From: Candidatus Bathyarchaeota archaeon
GTDB taxonomy: Archaea > Thermoproteota > Bathyarchaeia > Bathyarchaeales > Bathycorpusculaceae
Length of the DNA: 64,000 nt
Reading direction: 5' to 3'
Assembly (NCBI GenBank): GCA_963777155.1
Contig: CAVZPM010000034.1
Span: 1 to 64,000, forward strand
Shown here in pieces: positions 9,358-19,525 of the stretch. The translations under genes and the position numbers were made by a program. Under the pieces are notes generated by a model, which worked only from the letters and a program-made list of their open reading frames with translations, was not told the origin of the DNA and did not search any database. Numbering within the stretch: position 1 is the stretch's first letter; each line of letters starts with the position of its first letter.

Positions 9358-11857
9358 TCAGGTCAAGGGCATTTGAACCGTGAAGATTGTTCCTTTGCCC
9401 AGTTTGCTTTCGAAGCTAATTTTACCATCCTGAGCTTCAACTAGGCGTTTAACTACGGCTAAGCCGAAACCTTGACCCTTAGATTTTGTGGTGAACAGTG
9501 GCGTAAAAAGTCTACTCTTAGCTTCTTCTGGAATGCCCTCACCTGTGTCTTCAACACAGATGTATGCATAGTTTTCTTTGCAGTTTGCCGTTATTTTTAG
9601 GTTGCCTCCATTCGGCATAGCTTGCACAGCATTTTGGATTAGGTTGATAAATGCTCTTTTGAGCATTGAAAAGTCCGCGGTAAAATTTGGAAAACCCTCA
9701 GCTATTGTAATGGTAACCTCCAGGTTGTTTGGAATGGAGACTATAAGCAATGTTTCTTCGATTACTTTTTCAATATCAACTTTCTCTTTGCAGGGTCTTA
9801 ATGGTTTAGTGTAATCCTGCAAATCAGCGACTATTTTATCGATGTAGAAAAGGTTTTCTTCGATACTTGTTATGCTTTCTTGCAGATTCTTTTTTGTCTC
9901 GCCACTTGGCATCGATCGAACTTCATCTCTTGCCAGATAAAGTTCCCCAACGATGGCTTGAAGCGGATTACGGATATCATGTCCAACCATGCCTGCAGTT
10001 TGCCCAATAGTGATTAAACGTTCAGCTTGGTTCAGTTGTCTTGCTCTCTCATTCGCAAGCTTTTCCATCTGATTAGCGTACTCTGCAATTTGACCATTTG
10101 CTATTTCTTTTTCTTTGCGAAGACTCAGTATCTCAATGCCATATGCAAAATCATTTGCTAGTTCAGTTAGAAGATTGATTTCTTCCTCAGAGAAAGGGTC
10201 AGATTCTTGGCTATAGATGTTTAGAGCGCCGAAGATTTTGTCTTCAAACGAGGATAGTGGCAGCACAAGTGAAGCAGTGAATTTTCTTTTTGCCGCTTGC
10301 TCACGCCACGGCTCAAAGTTAGGGTCACAGTTCATGTTTCGACAAACATAAGGCTTCCCGGTTCGAATTACAGTTCCTGTCGGTCCTCGTCCACGTGGTT
10401 CATCAGCCCAAGTTATGTTCAGGTTGTCGATGTAATCTTTGTCAAACCCTGCGTAAGCCACTGGGCGAACTGTTTTGTTCTTATCATGCTCAGCCATACC
10501 CACCCAAACAAGGGAGTAACCACAGTCGTGGACAATTATATCGCAGACTTCCTGAGTTAAGGTAGCTTGGTCTGTTGCATGTATGAGCGCTTGGTTACTG
10601 TTGCTGATTGCCCGTAGGTGCCGGTTAAGTTTATTCAATGCCTCTTCAGCTTTCTTGCGGTCAGTAATGTTTCTTGCAACATGTACAGAGCCAATCACAA
10701 TCCCTTTTTCGTCTCTAAGAGGGGTTGTGCTAACTAAGAAGTCTCCTCCAAGTCGGGGCTTCATGTACTTCTGCAACATGTTCTTTCCCATCCTGCAAAG
10801 ATTTTGCATGAGGACAAAATTCAGGAGGCAGACTTGTTCCATGCACACAACTGTAACAGCTCTGTCCGATTGCTTGCTGTGGGGTAACTCCTAGTTGCTC
10901 TGTCATGGCTTTGTTAGCCCGCACAATTTTATGATTGTTATCTAGTATCGCTATTAAATCGGGAACAGTATCAAAGGTATGTTCCCAATCGTTCTTTGCT
11001 CGCCAAAGCTCCTGCTCAGCCTTCTTTTGTTCCGTTATGTCCTGAACCATTCCGACCGAACGGACAATCTTCCCTGACTCATCTCTTATATGGTTGCATT
11101 TCTCATGAACGACCCGAATTTCACCTGTATGCTTCCTGACAACCCGATGCTCAATTTCATAGGAGTCTCTTCTTTCCCGCAAAGAACCCGAATAAGCACC
11201 ATCCACTGCATCTCTATCATCAGGGTGCACCGCGTCAAGAAAAGCTTGATAAGTGGCACCAAACTCCTGCGGCTTCAAACCGAAGATACGGTAAACTTCA
11301 TCTGACCATGTGAGTCTGTTGTTTATGAGGTCGAGTTCCCAGCTGCCTAAATGGGCGATTTCTTGGCTTCGCTTCAGGCGTTTCTCATTTTCCTCAATGG
11401 CTTCCTGTGCTTGTTTTCGCTTAGTTATATCTTCAAATATTGCTGCGAAGTAGCCTTTTTGTGGGCAGTAAACGGAAACAGACTAGCCATAGATTTAGGG
11501 GCTTAAAGAATATTTCAAACCTCTCGTTCTTACAGGTTACAGCGACTCGGCCATAGATTTCAAACAACTCTGGATGGGCTTCTTTGATTCCAGGTATAGT
11601 TTCCGTAATTCTCTTACCGATCACTTTTTCCCTTTTTAGCCCTGTTATTTTTTCAAAGTTATCGTTAACTTCAAGTAGACTAAGTCTACTGGTTTGTTTT
11701 CTTGGTCAAAAATCATCTTGCAGAAAGCAAACCCATCCATCATATTGGCGAACAAAGAGTGATAACGTTCCTCGCTTGCCCTAAGTTTTTCTTCTGCACT
11801 CTTGCAATCAGTGTTCAATGAAGTATCCGAGGAATGGCTACTAGAAAACTCGTCCAT
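9358..11857 (-). CDS. Multi-PAS/GAF sensor histidine kinase, broken by several apparent frameshifts
   Basis: PAS motifs (VHPDDR, HRVVRK.GEIR), GAF (GRGPTG), H-box GHDIRNPL, N/G boxes NLIQNA, DTGEGI, FTTKSKGQGFGL across ORF pieces. Confidence 0.85.
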
Positions 11858-12080
11858 TGGGGTGGTATACTCCCTTGAAACTACCAAGAGGGGAAAAGAA
11901 TCTTATAAAACTTTATTTCTCTAAAATAATAGCCAAGAAATTGATATTTCAAGTGAGAGCGCGCTAGACAAGTCGGCGCTCTAGTTGGTTTGTTTTGTGA
12001 CTTTTGTTGTAGCTTACTTTATTGATTATATTATCTTATATTTGTCTTGTAGTTTAGAGTTTATCGGAGTGTAGTCTGGT

Positions 12081-12701
12081 TTGTCTGTGTTGGATAGAAT
12101 TGCTTTTCTCCAAAATAGACGCGATGAAGTTCCTAACCAACTGCTCGCTAAAGACCTGGCGGAAAACGAGAACACGGCAGGTATAAAGGAAATCGCCAAA
12201 AATCTACAGAACAAAAACCAAAACATCCAAAGCGACTGCTTAAAAGTCCTTTATGAAATAGGCTACCTAAAGCCAGTCTTAATCGCGGATTATGCCCAGA
12301 ACTTTTTGGCTCTTCTTAAGAGCAAGAATAACCGGATGGTTTGGGGAGCCATGATAGCCCTCGCCACTATTGCAGACAAAAAACCCAAAGAAATCTACGC
12401 CAGATTAGGCGACGTCACAGATGCCATGGACAAGGGCACCTTAATTACTGTTGTTTGGGGCACAAAAGTCCTCGCTAAAGTTGCAGCCGCAGACAAAACC
12501 TACAAGCAAAAAATCTTCCCCCTTCTCACAACACAACTTAAGAATTGTCTCCCACGGGATGTGCCCATGCACGCTGAAAGCATCCTGACAGCAATTGATG
12601 CTGAGAACAAGCAGGAATTCCTCAGCATCATAGATGATAGAAAACCAGAAATGACAGTCTCACAACTCGCAAGGCTAAAGAAAGTCACAAAGAACCTGTA
12701 A
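12081..12701 (+). CDS. Conserved hypothetical HEAT/ARM-like helical protein
   Basis: 206-aa ORF with RRDEVPNQ..SDCLKVLYEIG..NNRMVWGAMIAL helical repeats. Confidence 0.65.
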   Translation: MSVLDRIAFLQNRRDEVPNQLLAKDLAENENTAGIKEIAKNLQNKNQNIQSDCLKVLYEIGYLKPVLIADYAQNFLALLKSKNNRMVWGAMIALATIADKKPKEIYARLGDVTDAMDKGTLITVVWGTKVLAKVAAADKTYKQKIFPLLTTQLKNCLPRDVPMHAESILTAIDAENKQEFLSIIDDRKPEMTVSQLARLKKVTKNL

Positions 12702-12703
12702 TG

Positions 12704-13234
12704 CTACTTAGTTTCATCGAAGCCTTTCTTGAAAAGTGCCTTGTCGATTATCCTAACATCCAGTTTTTGTTTAGCTGCAGATTTTCTGATGACGGCAAGG
12801 AGTTTGAGGTAGTTTTGGGTGGTTTGCATGTTTGGTGGAACGTTGCCTAGTAGGGCTTTCCAGGTGTAGGTGTCTAGAATGCAGTATTGTTTGGGGTCGA
12901 AGAATGTGAGTATGATGCTGGCATGTATTGGGCTAACTCCTTCTAAAAGTGTTAGGCAGTTCATCCGGTAGTTGTCTTCGCAACCAGGAATGCTTAGCGC
13001 CTGACCAGTGAGCCTAATAACATTTGCTTCGTCGTTGCGAGCCACCAGCTCCAAACTGCGTACCTTCTTCTCAGTGTCGTCTTTTAATTTCCATTCAACA
13101 ATCGAAGCCAAATCCTTGCAGGTCAAAGCTTTGTTTTTGCGGAATTTGCTGCCGAGTTCCCGCTCCCGCTGCGCTTGCCAACCAAACGCCTTGTCGTATT
13201 TACGGCTCCACATCAAGAAATCGGCTTTATCCAC
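12704..13234 (-). CDS. Hypothetical protein with helix-hairpin-helix-like (glycosylase-like) motif
   Basis: IVEWK; LxxLEGVSPIHASIIL..P..Y.ILD..W.AL; C-terminal IDKALF; GGTGA RBS. Confidence 0.55.
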   Translation of the reverse strand: MDKADFLMWSRKYDKAFGWQAQRERELGSKFRKNKALTCKDLASIVEWKLKDDTEKKVRSLELVARNDEANVIRLTGQALSIPGCEDNYRMNCLTLLEGVSPIHASIILTFFDPKQYCILDTYTWKALLGNVPPNMQTTQNYLKLLAVIRKSAAKQKLDVRIIDKALFKKGFDETK

Positions 13235-13316
13235 TTAATCACCAATGCGAGTAAATGCGGTTTGCTTGCATTTCTGTTTTGCCCCGAAGCAACAAAAAAT
13301 TTGAAAAAGTTGGGGC

Positions 13317-13442
13317 TTAATTTTGGTCTACTAGGTGTGCTGTTCCGTCTGGACAATATACTTTTTCGTCTTTGCCAACACGTCTGTACCTTTCACTGCA
13401 CATATGCAGAAGGGAGCAGCCGTCGCAGTCTCTACTCAACAC
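13317..13442 (-). CDS. 41-aa Cys/His microprotein (MLSRDCDGCSLLHMCSERYRRVGKDEKVYCPDGTAHLVDQN), not in ORF track
   Basis: GGAGG RBS, GTG start, CTTATAAG TATA upstream, CxxC-x5-C-x14-C-x5-H pattern. Confidence 0.65.
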   Translation of the reverse strand: MLSRDCDGCSLLHMCSERYRRVGKDEKVYCPDGTAHLVDQN

Positions 13443-13495
13443 TTTTTTTTCGCCTCCGTAGGGACTTTGACCATCAGTGATTTTGGCTTATAAGG

Positions 13496-13627
13496 CTATG
13501 TAACATTGGTGTATATACGTGGGGTTTGGATTTCCTTTCTTGCGGTGCAGGTTTTATAGGCTATGCAACTGTGGGAGCAGGGGGCGGCTGTTTTGGTTTG
13601 GCAGTCCAAGACTATTGTGCTGTACAT
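13496..13627 (-). CDS. 43-aa Cys-rich microprotein (MYSTIVLDCQTKTAAPCSHSCIAYKTCTARKEIQTPRIYTNVT)
   Basis: AGGAG RBS 8 nt before ATG; C-x7-C-x3-C-x5-C. Confidence 0.55.
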   Translation of the reverse strand: MYSTIVLDCQTKTAAPCSHSCIAYKTCTARKEIQTPRIYTNVT

Positions 13628-13629
13628 GC

Positions 13630-13752
13630 TTAAGTCTCCTTGTTTACTGCTTTTAGGGCTTGGCGCACGTGGGACCGAACGTACCCCATAAATATGAAGG
13701 GCAAGGAAACCAAGCTTGCCAACACCAATACTTGAATTGCTAAATCCAACAT
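13630..13752 (-). CDS. 40-aa single-TM microprotein (MLDLAIQVLVLASLVSLPFIFMGYVRSHVRQALKAVNKET), not in ORF track
   Basis: GGGGGA RBS, ATG, ~22-aa hydrophobic helix then basic tail; stop lies 2 nt before the next ATG. Confidence 0.55.
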   Translation of the reverse strand: MLDLAIQVLVLASLVSLPFIFMGYVRSHVRQALKAVNKET

Positions 13753-13912
13753 ACCATTTCCCCCATGTTCTTTTTTGCTCTGATAACTGATTCCGCTGCA
13801 GAGGATTTAAATGGATTTGAGAATTGTTCATAATAATTAAGAAAAAATCTGCGGACGTCAAATTACTTAAATATAGAACTCCTGAATGAACAAGACTTAA
13901 TCAAAATACTGA

Positions 13913-13981
13913 ACAATTTTCAGGGCGGAAGACGGTAAGTTGGCGGAAGATTGGAATGTCGTGCAGCCGATTTCCCGGTGA
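13913..13981 (+). pseudogene. Start-less remnant resembling the C-terminus of a SnoaL/NTF2-like protein
   Basis: TIFRAEDGKLAEDWNVVQPI resembles the DIFRxEDGKIAEHWDVxQ consensus. Confidence 0.4.
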
Positions 13982-14054
13982 GCGGAAGACATAAACGCTT
14001 TCTTTGACCGCATGGTTGGCATTTTTAAACAAACTTAGTATTGAAGCGCAAAAA

Positions 14055-14273
14055 CTATGGCTTATAGATAACCATATATTTTCTTTCTTTGTCCTCTTCA
14101 ATGGTTAAGTCGTGTTTTTTTGCGTACGCTTCTATTTCTGACTCATAATAATCACATTTAATTTGAATCTGGTAATGGTCAGGCTTTCTTAGTGACACAT
14201 GGATATACGTTGGTTCTACTAAATTGTTAGCCACCAATTCTGCTAAAAGAGCCATCGCTTCTGCTCTATCCAT
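14055..14273 (-). CDS. Small hypothetical protein
   Basis: 72-aa ORF, GGGGGA RBS, protein-like composition. Confidence 0.7.
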   Translation of the reverse strand: MDRAEAMALLAELVANNLVEPTYIHVSLRKPDHYQIQIKCDYYESEIEAYAKKHDLTIEEDKERKYMVIYKP

Positions 14274-14453
14274 ACATACGTTCCCCCAAATATCTTAGCG
14301 GTCTCTCAGTATATAATACTTAATAAAGAAGAGCGAACCAAGAAATTTGTAGTTCTTGACTACACATCGGACAAACTACAGGATATTTCTTTTGTAAATA
14401 GGTGAAAGAGATAGGATAAAAAACCTGAAAAGCAAAGTTTCTCGGTTATTTTT

Positions 14454-14645
14454 CTATTTTTCTCTCCACAAGTAGGTTCCGATAAGAAAGCTTAAGGCAA
14501 CACTGACAAAGACTGCTGGAATAAGCAAATTGTTAATTTGAAAAGGATTACCGCTAAGAATTGCGCCTGTCATAATTGCACTAATAAAAAGGATAACTAT
14601 TCCAATAAAATAAAAGGTGAATACGTCATCGTGTTGTTTTTCCAA
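14454..14645 (-). CDS. Small two-TM membrane protein (AT-rich; may join the upstream 14597-14782 ORF through a frameshift)
   Basis: Two hydrophobic stretches. Confidence 0.45.
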   Translation of the reverse strand: MEKQHDDVFTFYFIGIVILFISAIMTGAILSGNPFQINNLLIPAVFVSVALSFLIGTYLWREK

Positions 14646-14980
14646 CTTTTATTCCTTTTATTTTGATACCAAGCTATTTCTTTAAATCTTCCTATTGTAT
14701 TTTTTGCAGGTCTATTAAAAAGTACGCGATCTTCTTTATTCATCCAATTATCTTTCATCTTAATTTCCTTTGAATTTGCCAACTGATTAACAGCTTCTCA
14801 TGAATAATTCCAAGAGGGTTTCTTGAAATACAAAAAGATGAATTATGAGACAAGGTTTAGAGTTGTGTGAGTTTTATTTTTTGGTTTTGTGAGAAGAGGA
14901 GTAGATAGGGATGGGAGTAGAAGTAGTTAGTTTCGAAGAAGAAAAAGAATAAGATTTAATTCTCTAAGTTTATTCGTGTT

Positions 14981-15556
14981 TTATTTCTCTTGTAGCACCC
15001 GAAGTTTAGCTTTGTATTCCTCTTCAGATAGTTCCCCTTTAATGAACCTCATTTTTAGCTGAACTAATGGATCTTCAGCAGTTTGAGATTGAAAAGTGGG
15101 GTTCTGTCTAAAGACCATCTCTGCTGGTTTGTTGAACTCCCAGTCCGCTCTGCCAAGCAATTCTCCTTTATGTTTAATCGAAATCGGTTCAACTGCGATG
15201 CTGTTATATTCGATTTCTAATGCATCTATGAAGTTTGACAGGTCTTTTCGGCTGACTCTTTCCACGGTATACGAGGAACCGTCTTCCATTTTGACTGTAA
15301 CTTCTCCCCACACAACTGCACCCTTATGCGCAGTAACTTGAATTACCTTTTGCAAAGGTAAAGATTTGAAGGTATATCTGCCTAGGTGTTTTTCGTCAAA
15401 GTAGAGTAAGCGGATGTTCGTAATTACTATGTAATTTGTTAGTTCAGCTATCACGAAGCTTTTGAGGTAACAGACAATTTCTTCGCCAGGAGAAAGGTTC
15501 TTTTTCAAGCCGTCCGGCAGTTTATCGACTGCACTTTTACTGGGGTTCTCGCTCAT
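14981..15556 (-). CDS. Bacterial-type PH domain + SHOCT domain protein
   Basis: LSPGEEI..VITNIRLLY PH-like segment; LKMRFIKGELSEEEY SHOCT motif. Confidence 0.8.
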   Translation of the reverse strand: MSENPSKSAVDKLPDGLKKNLSPGEEIVCYLKSFVIAELTNYIVITNIRLLYFDEKHLGRYTFKSLPLQKVIQVTAHKGAVVWGEVTVKMEDGSSYTVERVSRKDLSNFIDALEIEYNSIAVEPISIKHKGELLGRADWEFNKPAEMVFRQNPTFQSQTAEDPLVQLKMRFIKGELSEEEYKAKLRVLQEK

Positions 15557-15568
15557 TTTTTCACCATC

Positions 15569-15941
15569 TTAAATTTTTATTTGGTCTATACTCTTGTTGT
15601 TTTCGTTATTTGATTTCTCTTCGGCAATTTTATTGGGCATGCTCGGTAATTCGTGCTCTCAATTCGTCATACTTCTGTCTTATTTGACTTCTGGCAGCTG
15701 CAATCTCTTCGCTGATTTTTTTCTGAGACTCAGCAGACAGATCTTTGTTTTTTGCCTTGTCTCGGTCCAGCTTCTCCAAATCGCTTGCAGCTTTTGTCAT
15801 CATTTCTTCATTTTTCTTCAGAGATTCAGCTTTCAATTTCTGTGACTTGGCGAAGACATCCAGAACTTCAGTTACTTTCTTACTTGAATTAAATTTCGTC
15901 TTAGATATTTTTTCCAAATACTCCTGTTCAGAATCACCCAT
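15569..15941 (-). CDS. Coiled-coil hypothetical protein (ORF ends at 15630 as read; probable frameshift extends it to 15569)
   Basis: E/K-rich heptads, GAGG RBS. Confidence 0.6.
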
Positions 15942-16204
15942 TTATTAAACCTCAATATGTTCTAGTGAAAAAGAAGTATATTTAATTTGGTGCAAATTTT
16001 TGGGCAAAGAACAAATTTTTTCCTCTTTCTATTTCAAATTATGGAAATCAAATTGCAACACGGTAAACAATCGCAAGGATTAAGAAAAGCCTCATAATGA
16101 TTAGAAGCCCATTTCGAATGAGACGCAATATTATCATTAAATTTTCTCAATAAAGAAGAGTTAGAAAGGGAGTTACTCGGCATTTAAGCAATAATGCACA
16201 GATT

Positions 16205-16532
16205 CTAAATGATGGGCTTGTGTGGGACTAAGCTTTCGATTGAGCGGAGTAGTTGGTAGCCGAACAGTATGGCTGCAAAGTAGGTGGGCCACAGAATCAC
16301 AGGCCAGTTACCCGGAGTATAATTCCAGAGTCCTGTGGAGACGGCGAAAAACTCCATAAGTGCCAACGAAATCATGCCGCCCAAGGCTAGGAAAGACCTG
16401 CTGTTTAATCTCGTGTTTTGCCAACCACTTGCGGCGAACAACCATCAGTATAGCCCATGCGGCTAAGAATCCGAATAGAAGTATATACCAATCTGAATTG
16501 AAATTGAAAATTACATTCATGTTTTTTACCAA
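16205..16532 (-). CDS. Small multi-TM hypothetical protein, frameshifted ~16410
   Basis: Two overlapping hydrophobic ORFs; EFFAVSTGLWNY motif. Confidence 0.55.
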
Positions 16533-16535
16533 TAT

Positions 16536-17189
16536 TTAGTGTTTTACTGCTTTTCCTCTTCTTTGGGGCTTATGGTTTGACCAGCATTTCTGGCAGTAGA
16601 CGGGTTTGTCTGCTTTAGGTTGGAAAGGCACTTCGCATTCGATTCCGCAATCGCTACAAACAGCGGTGAATCCTTGAGGTTTGTGAAACTGTTTGAACAT
16701 CTGATAGTTCTTTAAACGCGGCCAACCCGTTTTGGCGTAAAGTAGCATTTCCGGATTATCTTTTAGCCAACGCATCATATGGAAGAAACTTTTACCCCTT
16801 TTCTCTTCCCGCTCCACCAAGGGCTCATATCCCAAGTTGCGGATTTCATCAAGATAAGCAATTTCCACCAGCCTTTGGGGTTCTCCTATGACTCGAATTC
16901 GTTTAACCCGGTTTTCGCCATAAACTTTTTGCAGTTCCTCAGCGGCGACGTCGAAGATACAGCCTTGACAAATGTGGATTTCTTCTTCAGGTGAGAGGTT
17001 GAATTTTGAAACGAGTCTGGATACAACTCGGCTGGATTCTTGGAGGTATTCTTTTTCGCGGAATATGTCTTGGTAGAATCTAACGTCGATTAGGTCGTAT
17101 TTGAATTCGCCTGCTGGTTCATGATAGGCGCCGACTACGACGCCAAACAGTAAATCGCCGCTGCCCGCGTCATCCACTATAAGAGTCAA
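16536..17189 (-). CDS. RNase HII-like fold protein with C-terminal CxxC-x17-CxxC zinc finger
   Basis: IVDDAGSGDLLFGVVVG resembles the RNase HII DEAGRG motif; CSDCG..CEVPFQP...PVYCQKC. Confidence 0.65.
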   Translation of the reverse strand: MTLIVDDAGSGDLLFGVVVGAYHEPAGEFKYDLIDVRFYQDIFREKEYLQESSRVVSRLVSKFNLSPEEEIHICQGCIFDVAAEELQKVYGENRVKRIRVIGEPQRLVEIAYLDEIRNLGYEPLVEREEKRGKSFFHMMRWLKDNPEMLLYAKTGWPRLKNYQMFKQFHKPQGFTAVCSDCGIECEVPFQPKADKPVYCQKCWSNHKPQRRGKAVKH

Positions 17190-17316
17190 TTAACTATATT
17201 CCTCTCTTCTCTTATCCAACCCAATACTTCATACAGCTATAAAAACTGATTTCCCAAAAATGAAGTAAAATCAGGAAGAATAATTGTTTAAAAAAAGTGG
17301 GAAAAGATTGGGTTTT

Positions 17317-18087
17317 TCATAATATATTTGGTCTTATAGCTTGAGTCGGAATTTGTTCCCCTTTGACGTCGTGTTTTCTTCGTAGTTGAAGAATGAACCT
17401 TGGAGTGGTACGTTTGTATTGGAGGAATTCTTCGCCGTATTTCGCTTCGGATTCTCTTTCCTCAATCTTTGCCAGTCGATAATACAGAAGCGCCAGAACA
17501 GGCCATATCGCCGTTGTGATAATTGTTAGCCATTGGACATTTAGGCCACCGGTTACCATTAGGAATCCAATGTATTGGGGGTTGCGGGTGTAGCGGTAAA
17601 GGCCTGTAGTTACGAGTTTGCCTTTTGCTTGGAAGATTTGGTACCAGCCGAAGATTACTAGAAGAATGCCTGCTCCAATTATGATTTTTGAAGCGGGGAA
17701 GACCCAGTAGTGATAGACAATGTAGAACGACTGCTGCCCAAACACTTGGGTGAGGAGGAACTCTATGCTGAAGATATGGTTGTAGCCGAAGAGACCTGCA
17801 AAAAAGTACATGGTTAGGGGTATGCCGTACATTTCCGCGAAAAGTGCAACGATGAAGGCTATGTAGACGCTGTTGGGTAGACGGTTGAGTTTTTTGCGGA
17901 AGGACGAGAGCAGAAAGAAGACGCTAAAGAGGATGATGTTCATGATGACGAATGTCCAGTTATTGTAGCCGTATGAGGTGAAGGTAAAATAGTACATGAA
18001 AATGCCGACTGCGACCGTAACTATGGCTACAAGCAGACCAAGCTTAATTTTTCCCATTGTTTGTTCAGATAATTGGTTTTTCTGCAT
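17317..18087 (-). CDS. Isoprenylcysteine carboxyl methyltransferase (ICMT/PEMT)-family membrane protein
   Basis: ALFAEMYGIPLT, LVTTGLYRYTRNPQY, EERE...YGEEF..Y...PRF. Confidence 0.85.
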   Translation of the reverse strand: MQKNQLSEQTMGKIKLGLLVAIVTVAVGIFMYYFTFTSYGYNNWTFVIMNIILFSVFFLLSSFRKKLNRLPNSVYIAFIVALFAEMYGIPLTMYFFAGLFGYNHIFSIEFLLTQVFGQQSFYIVYHYWVFPASKIIIGAGILLVIFGWYQIFQAKGKLVTTGLYRYTRNPQYIGFLMVTGGLNVQWLTIITTAIWPVLALLYYRLAKIEERESEAKYGEEFLQYKRTTPRFILQLRRKHDVKGEQIPTQAIRPNIL

Positions 18088-18171
18088 CCATGTTGCCTCA
18101 CCTGTTACAAGGCAAGAGGGGACTCTTAGTTCTACGCATGGAACATAGCGTTCCAAATTGGAACAGCATCT

Positions 18172-19425
18172 CTAAGGTTGAGAACGAGGTTTTCGGCGGC
18201 TTTGATTCCATTTTCTTAAAATTATGAAAGCTGCAATCAGAGAAAAAATAATTAGAATACCCAAAGCGACGATAGTGTCAGATAGTTCACTTGGCTTTTG
18301 AGCTTGGCTAGTCAACGCATAGATGTTGCCATCTAGAGAGCCTATGTAGACTACTCCGTTGACGACTGCAGGAGATGATTCAACATAGCCCATTGTAGCG
18401 TAGCTCCAAAGTTTAGTGCCGCTGGTGGCGTTTAGCGCATAGATGTTTGCATCAGCCGAGCCAAAATAGACGACGCCGTCGACGATTGCAGGAGCAGAAT
18501 AAACCGTGTTGCCGGTTGTAAAATTCCAGAGTTTTGCTCCGTCCGAGGCATTTAACGCGTAGAAATTTCGATCCAAAGAGCCAATATAGACAGCACCATC
18601 TGCAACGGCAGTAGATGATTTGATGATGTTATCAGTGGCGTAACTCCAGACTGGTGTGCCATCAGATATTTTTAAAGCGTAAACGGTACCGTTGTCGTAG
18701 GCAGTATAAACATAGTCGCCTACGATTGTAGGCGAGGACTCTGTCGGATAACCATTAGTGAAATTCCAGAGTTGGGCGCCACTTGAGGCATCAAGGGCAT
18801 AAGTGTAGCCGTCCGTTGAACCTATGTAGACAACGCCTGCAACGACGGCGGGAGAGGACCAGATCGGGGCGAGTGTGCTGAAAACCCACAGTTTTGACCC
18901 GGAACTGGCGTCTAAGGCGTAAACGTTGTTGTCGTATGAACCCACATAAACAACCCCGTCTGCGATAACAGGAGACGAATCAACCTCGCCACCAGTATTA
19001 AAACTCCACAGTTTGTCGCCGCTTGTAGCGTTTAGGACATAAAATTTACCATCAGCCGAACCAATATACAAGACGCCTCCTGAAACAGCAGCACAAGAAT
19101 AAACTGGGCCGCCAGTGGTGAAATTCCACAGTTTTATCCCGTTATCCGCTTTCAATGCATATATCTCCCCATTTAAGGAGCCTACGAAAACCACGCCGTC
19201 GACTACCGACGGAGACGAATAGACTTGACCGCCAGTGCTATAGTTCCAGAGTAAATTGGCATGTAGCACAGGGCTTCCAGCTATTACGCCGCTATGAGAG
19301 AGGTCCGCTCGGAACATTGGCCAGTTATCAGAAGCTTGTTGAGCAATCACCATTGAATAGCACCCTATGAAAACTGATGATAAAAACAAAATCGTAACAA
19401 ACATAACCACAGATGAGTTGTTCAA
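18172..19425 (-). CDS. PQQ-like beta-propeller repeat surface protein with signal peptide and C-terminal TM anchor
   Basis: WPMFR then ~8 repeats of LWxFxTGG.V.SSPAV.DGVVY.GS.DG..YAL. Confidence 0.88.
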   Translation of the reverse strand: MNNSSVVMFVTILFLSSVFIGCYSMVIAQQASDNWPMFRADLSHSGVIAGSPVLHANLLWNYSTGGQVYSSPSVVDGVVFVGSLNGEIYALKADNGIKLWNFTTGGPVYSCAAVSGGVLYIGSADGKFYVLNATSGDKLWSFNTGGEVDSSPVIADGVVYVGSYDNNVYALDASSGSKLWVFSTLAPIWSSPAVVAGVVYIGSTDGYTYALDASSGAQLWNFTNGYPTESSPTIVGDYVYTAYDNGTVYALKISDGTPVWSYATDNIIKSSTAVADGAVYIGSLDRNFYALNASDGAKLWNFTTGNTVYSAPAIVDGVVYFGSADANIYALNATSGTKLWSYATMGYVESSPAVVNGVVYIGSLDGNIYALTSQAQKPSELSDTIVALGILIIFSLIAAFIILRKWNQSRRKPRSQP

Positions 19426-19525
19426 GTATTCTCTCCTTTTGATGCAGTAAATATTCACTGAAAATTGACTTTTAACAGTTTGCATTTTTTTAGCAATCTG
19501 CTCTAAAAGGGGAAAGATTTCATTT

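Noticed and set aside
13496-13861. 121-aa ORF from the track
   Set aside because: The upstream part overlaps a better-supported 40-aa ORF in another frame, and the RBS supports a start at 13627
18330-19260. ~120-nt periodic repeats resembling an array
   Set aside because: These are coding beta-propeller blades with synonymous divergence, not CRISPR
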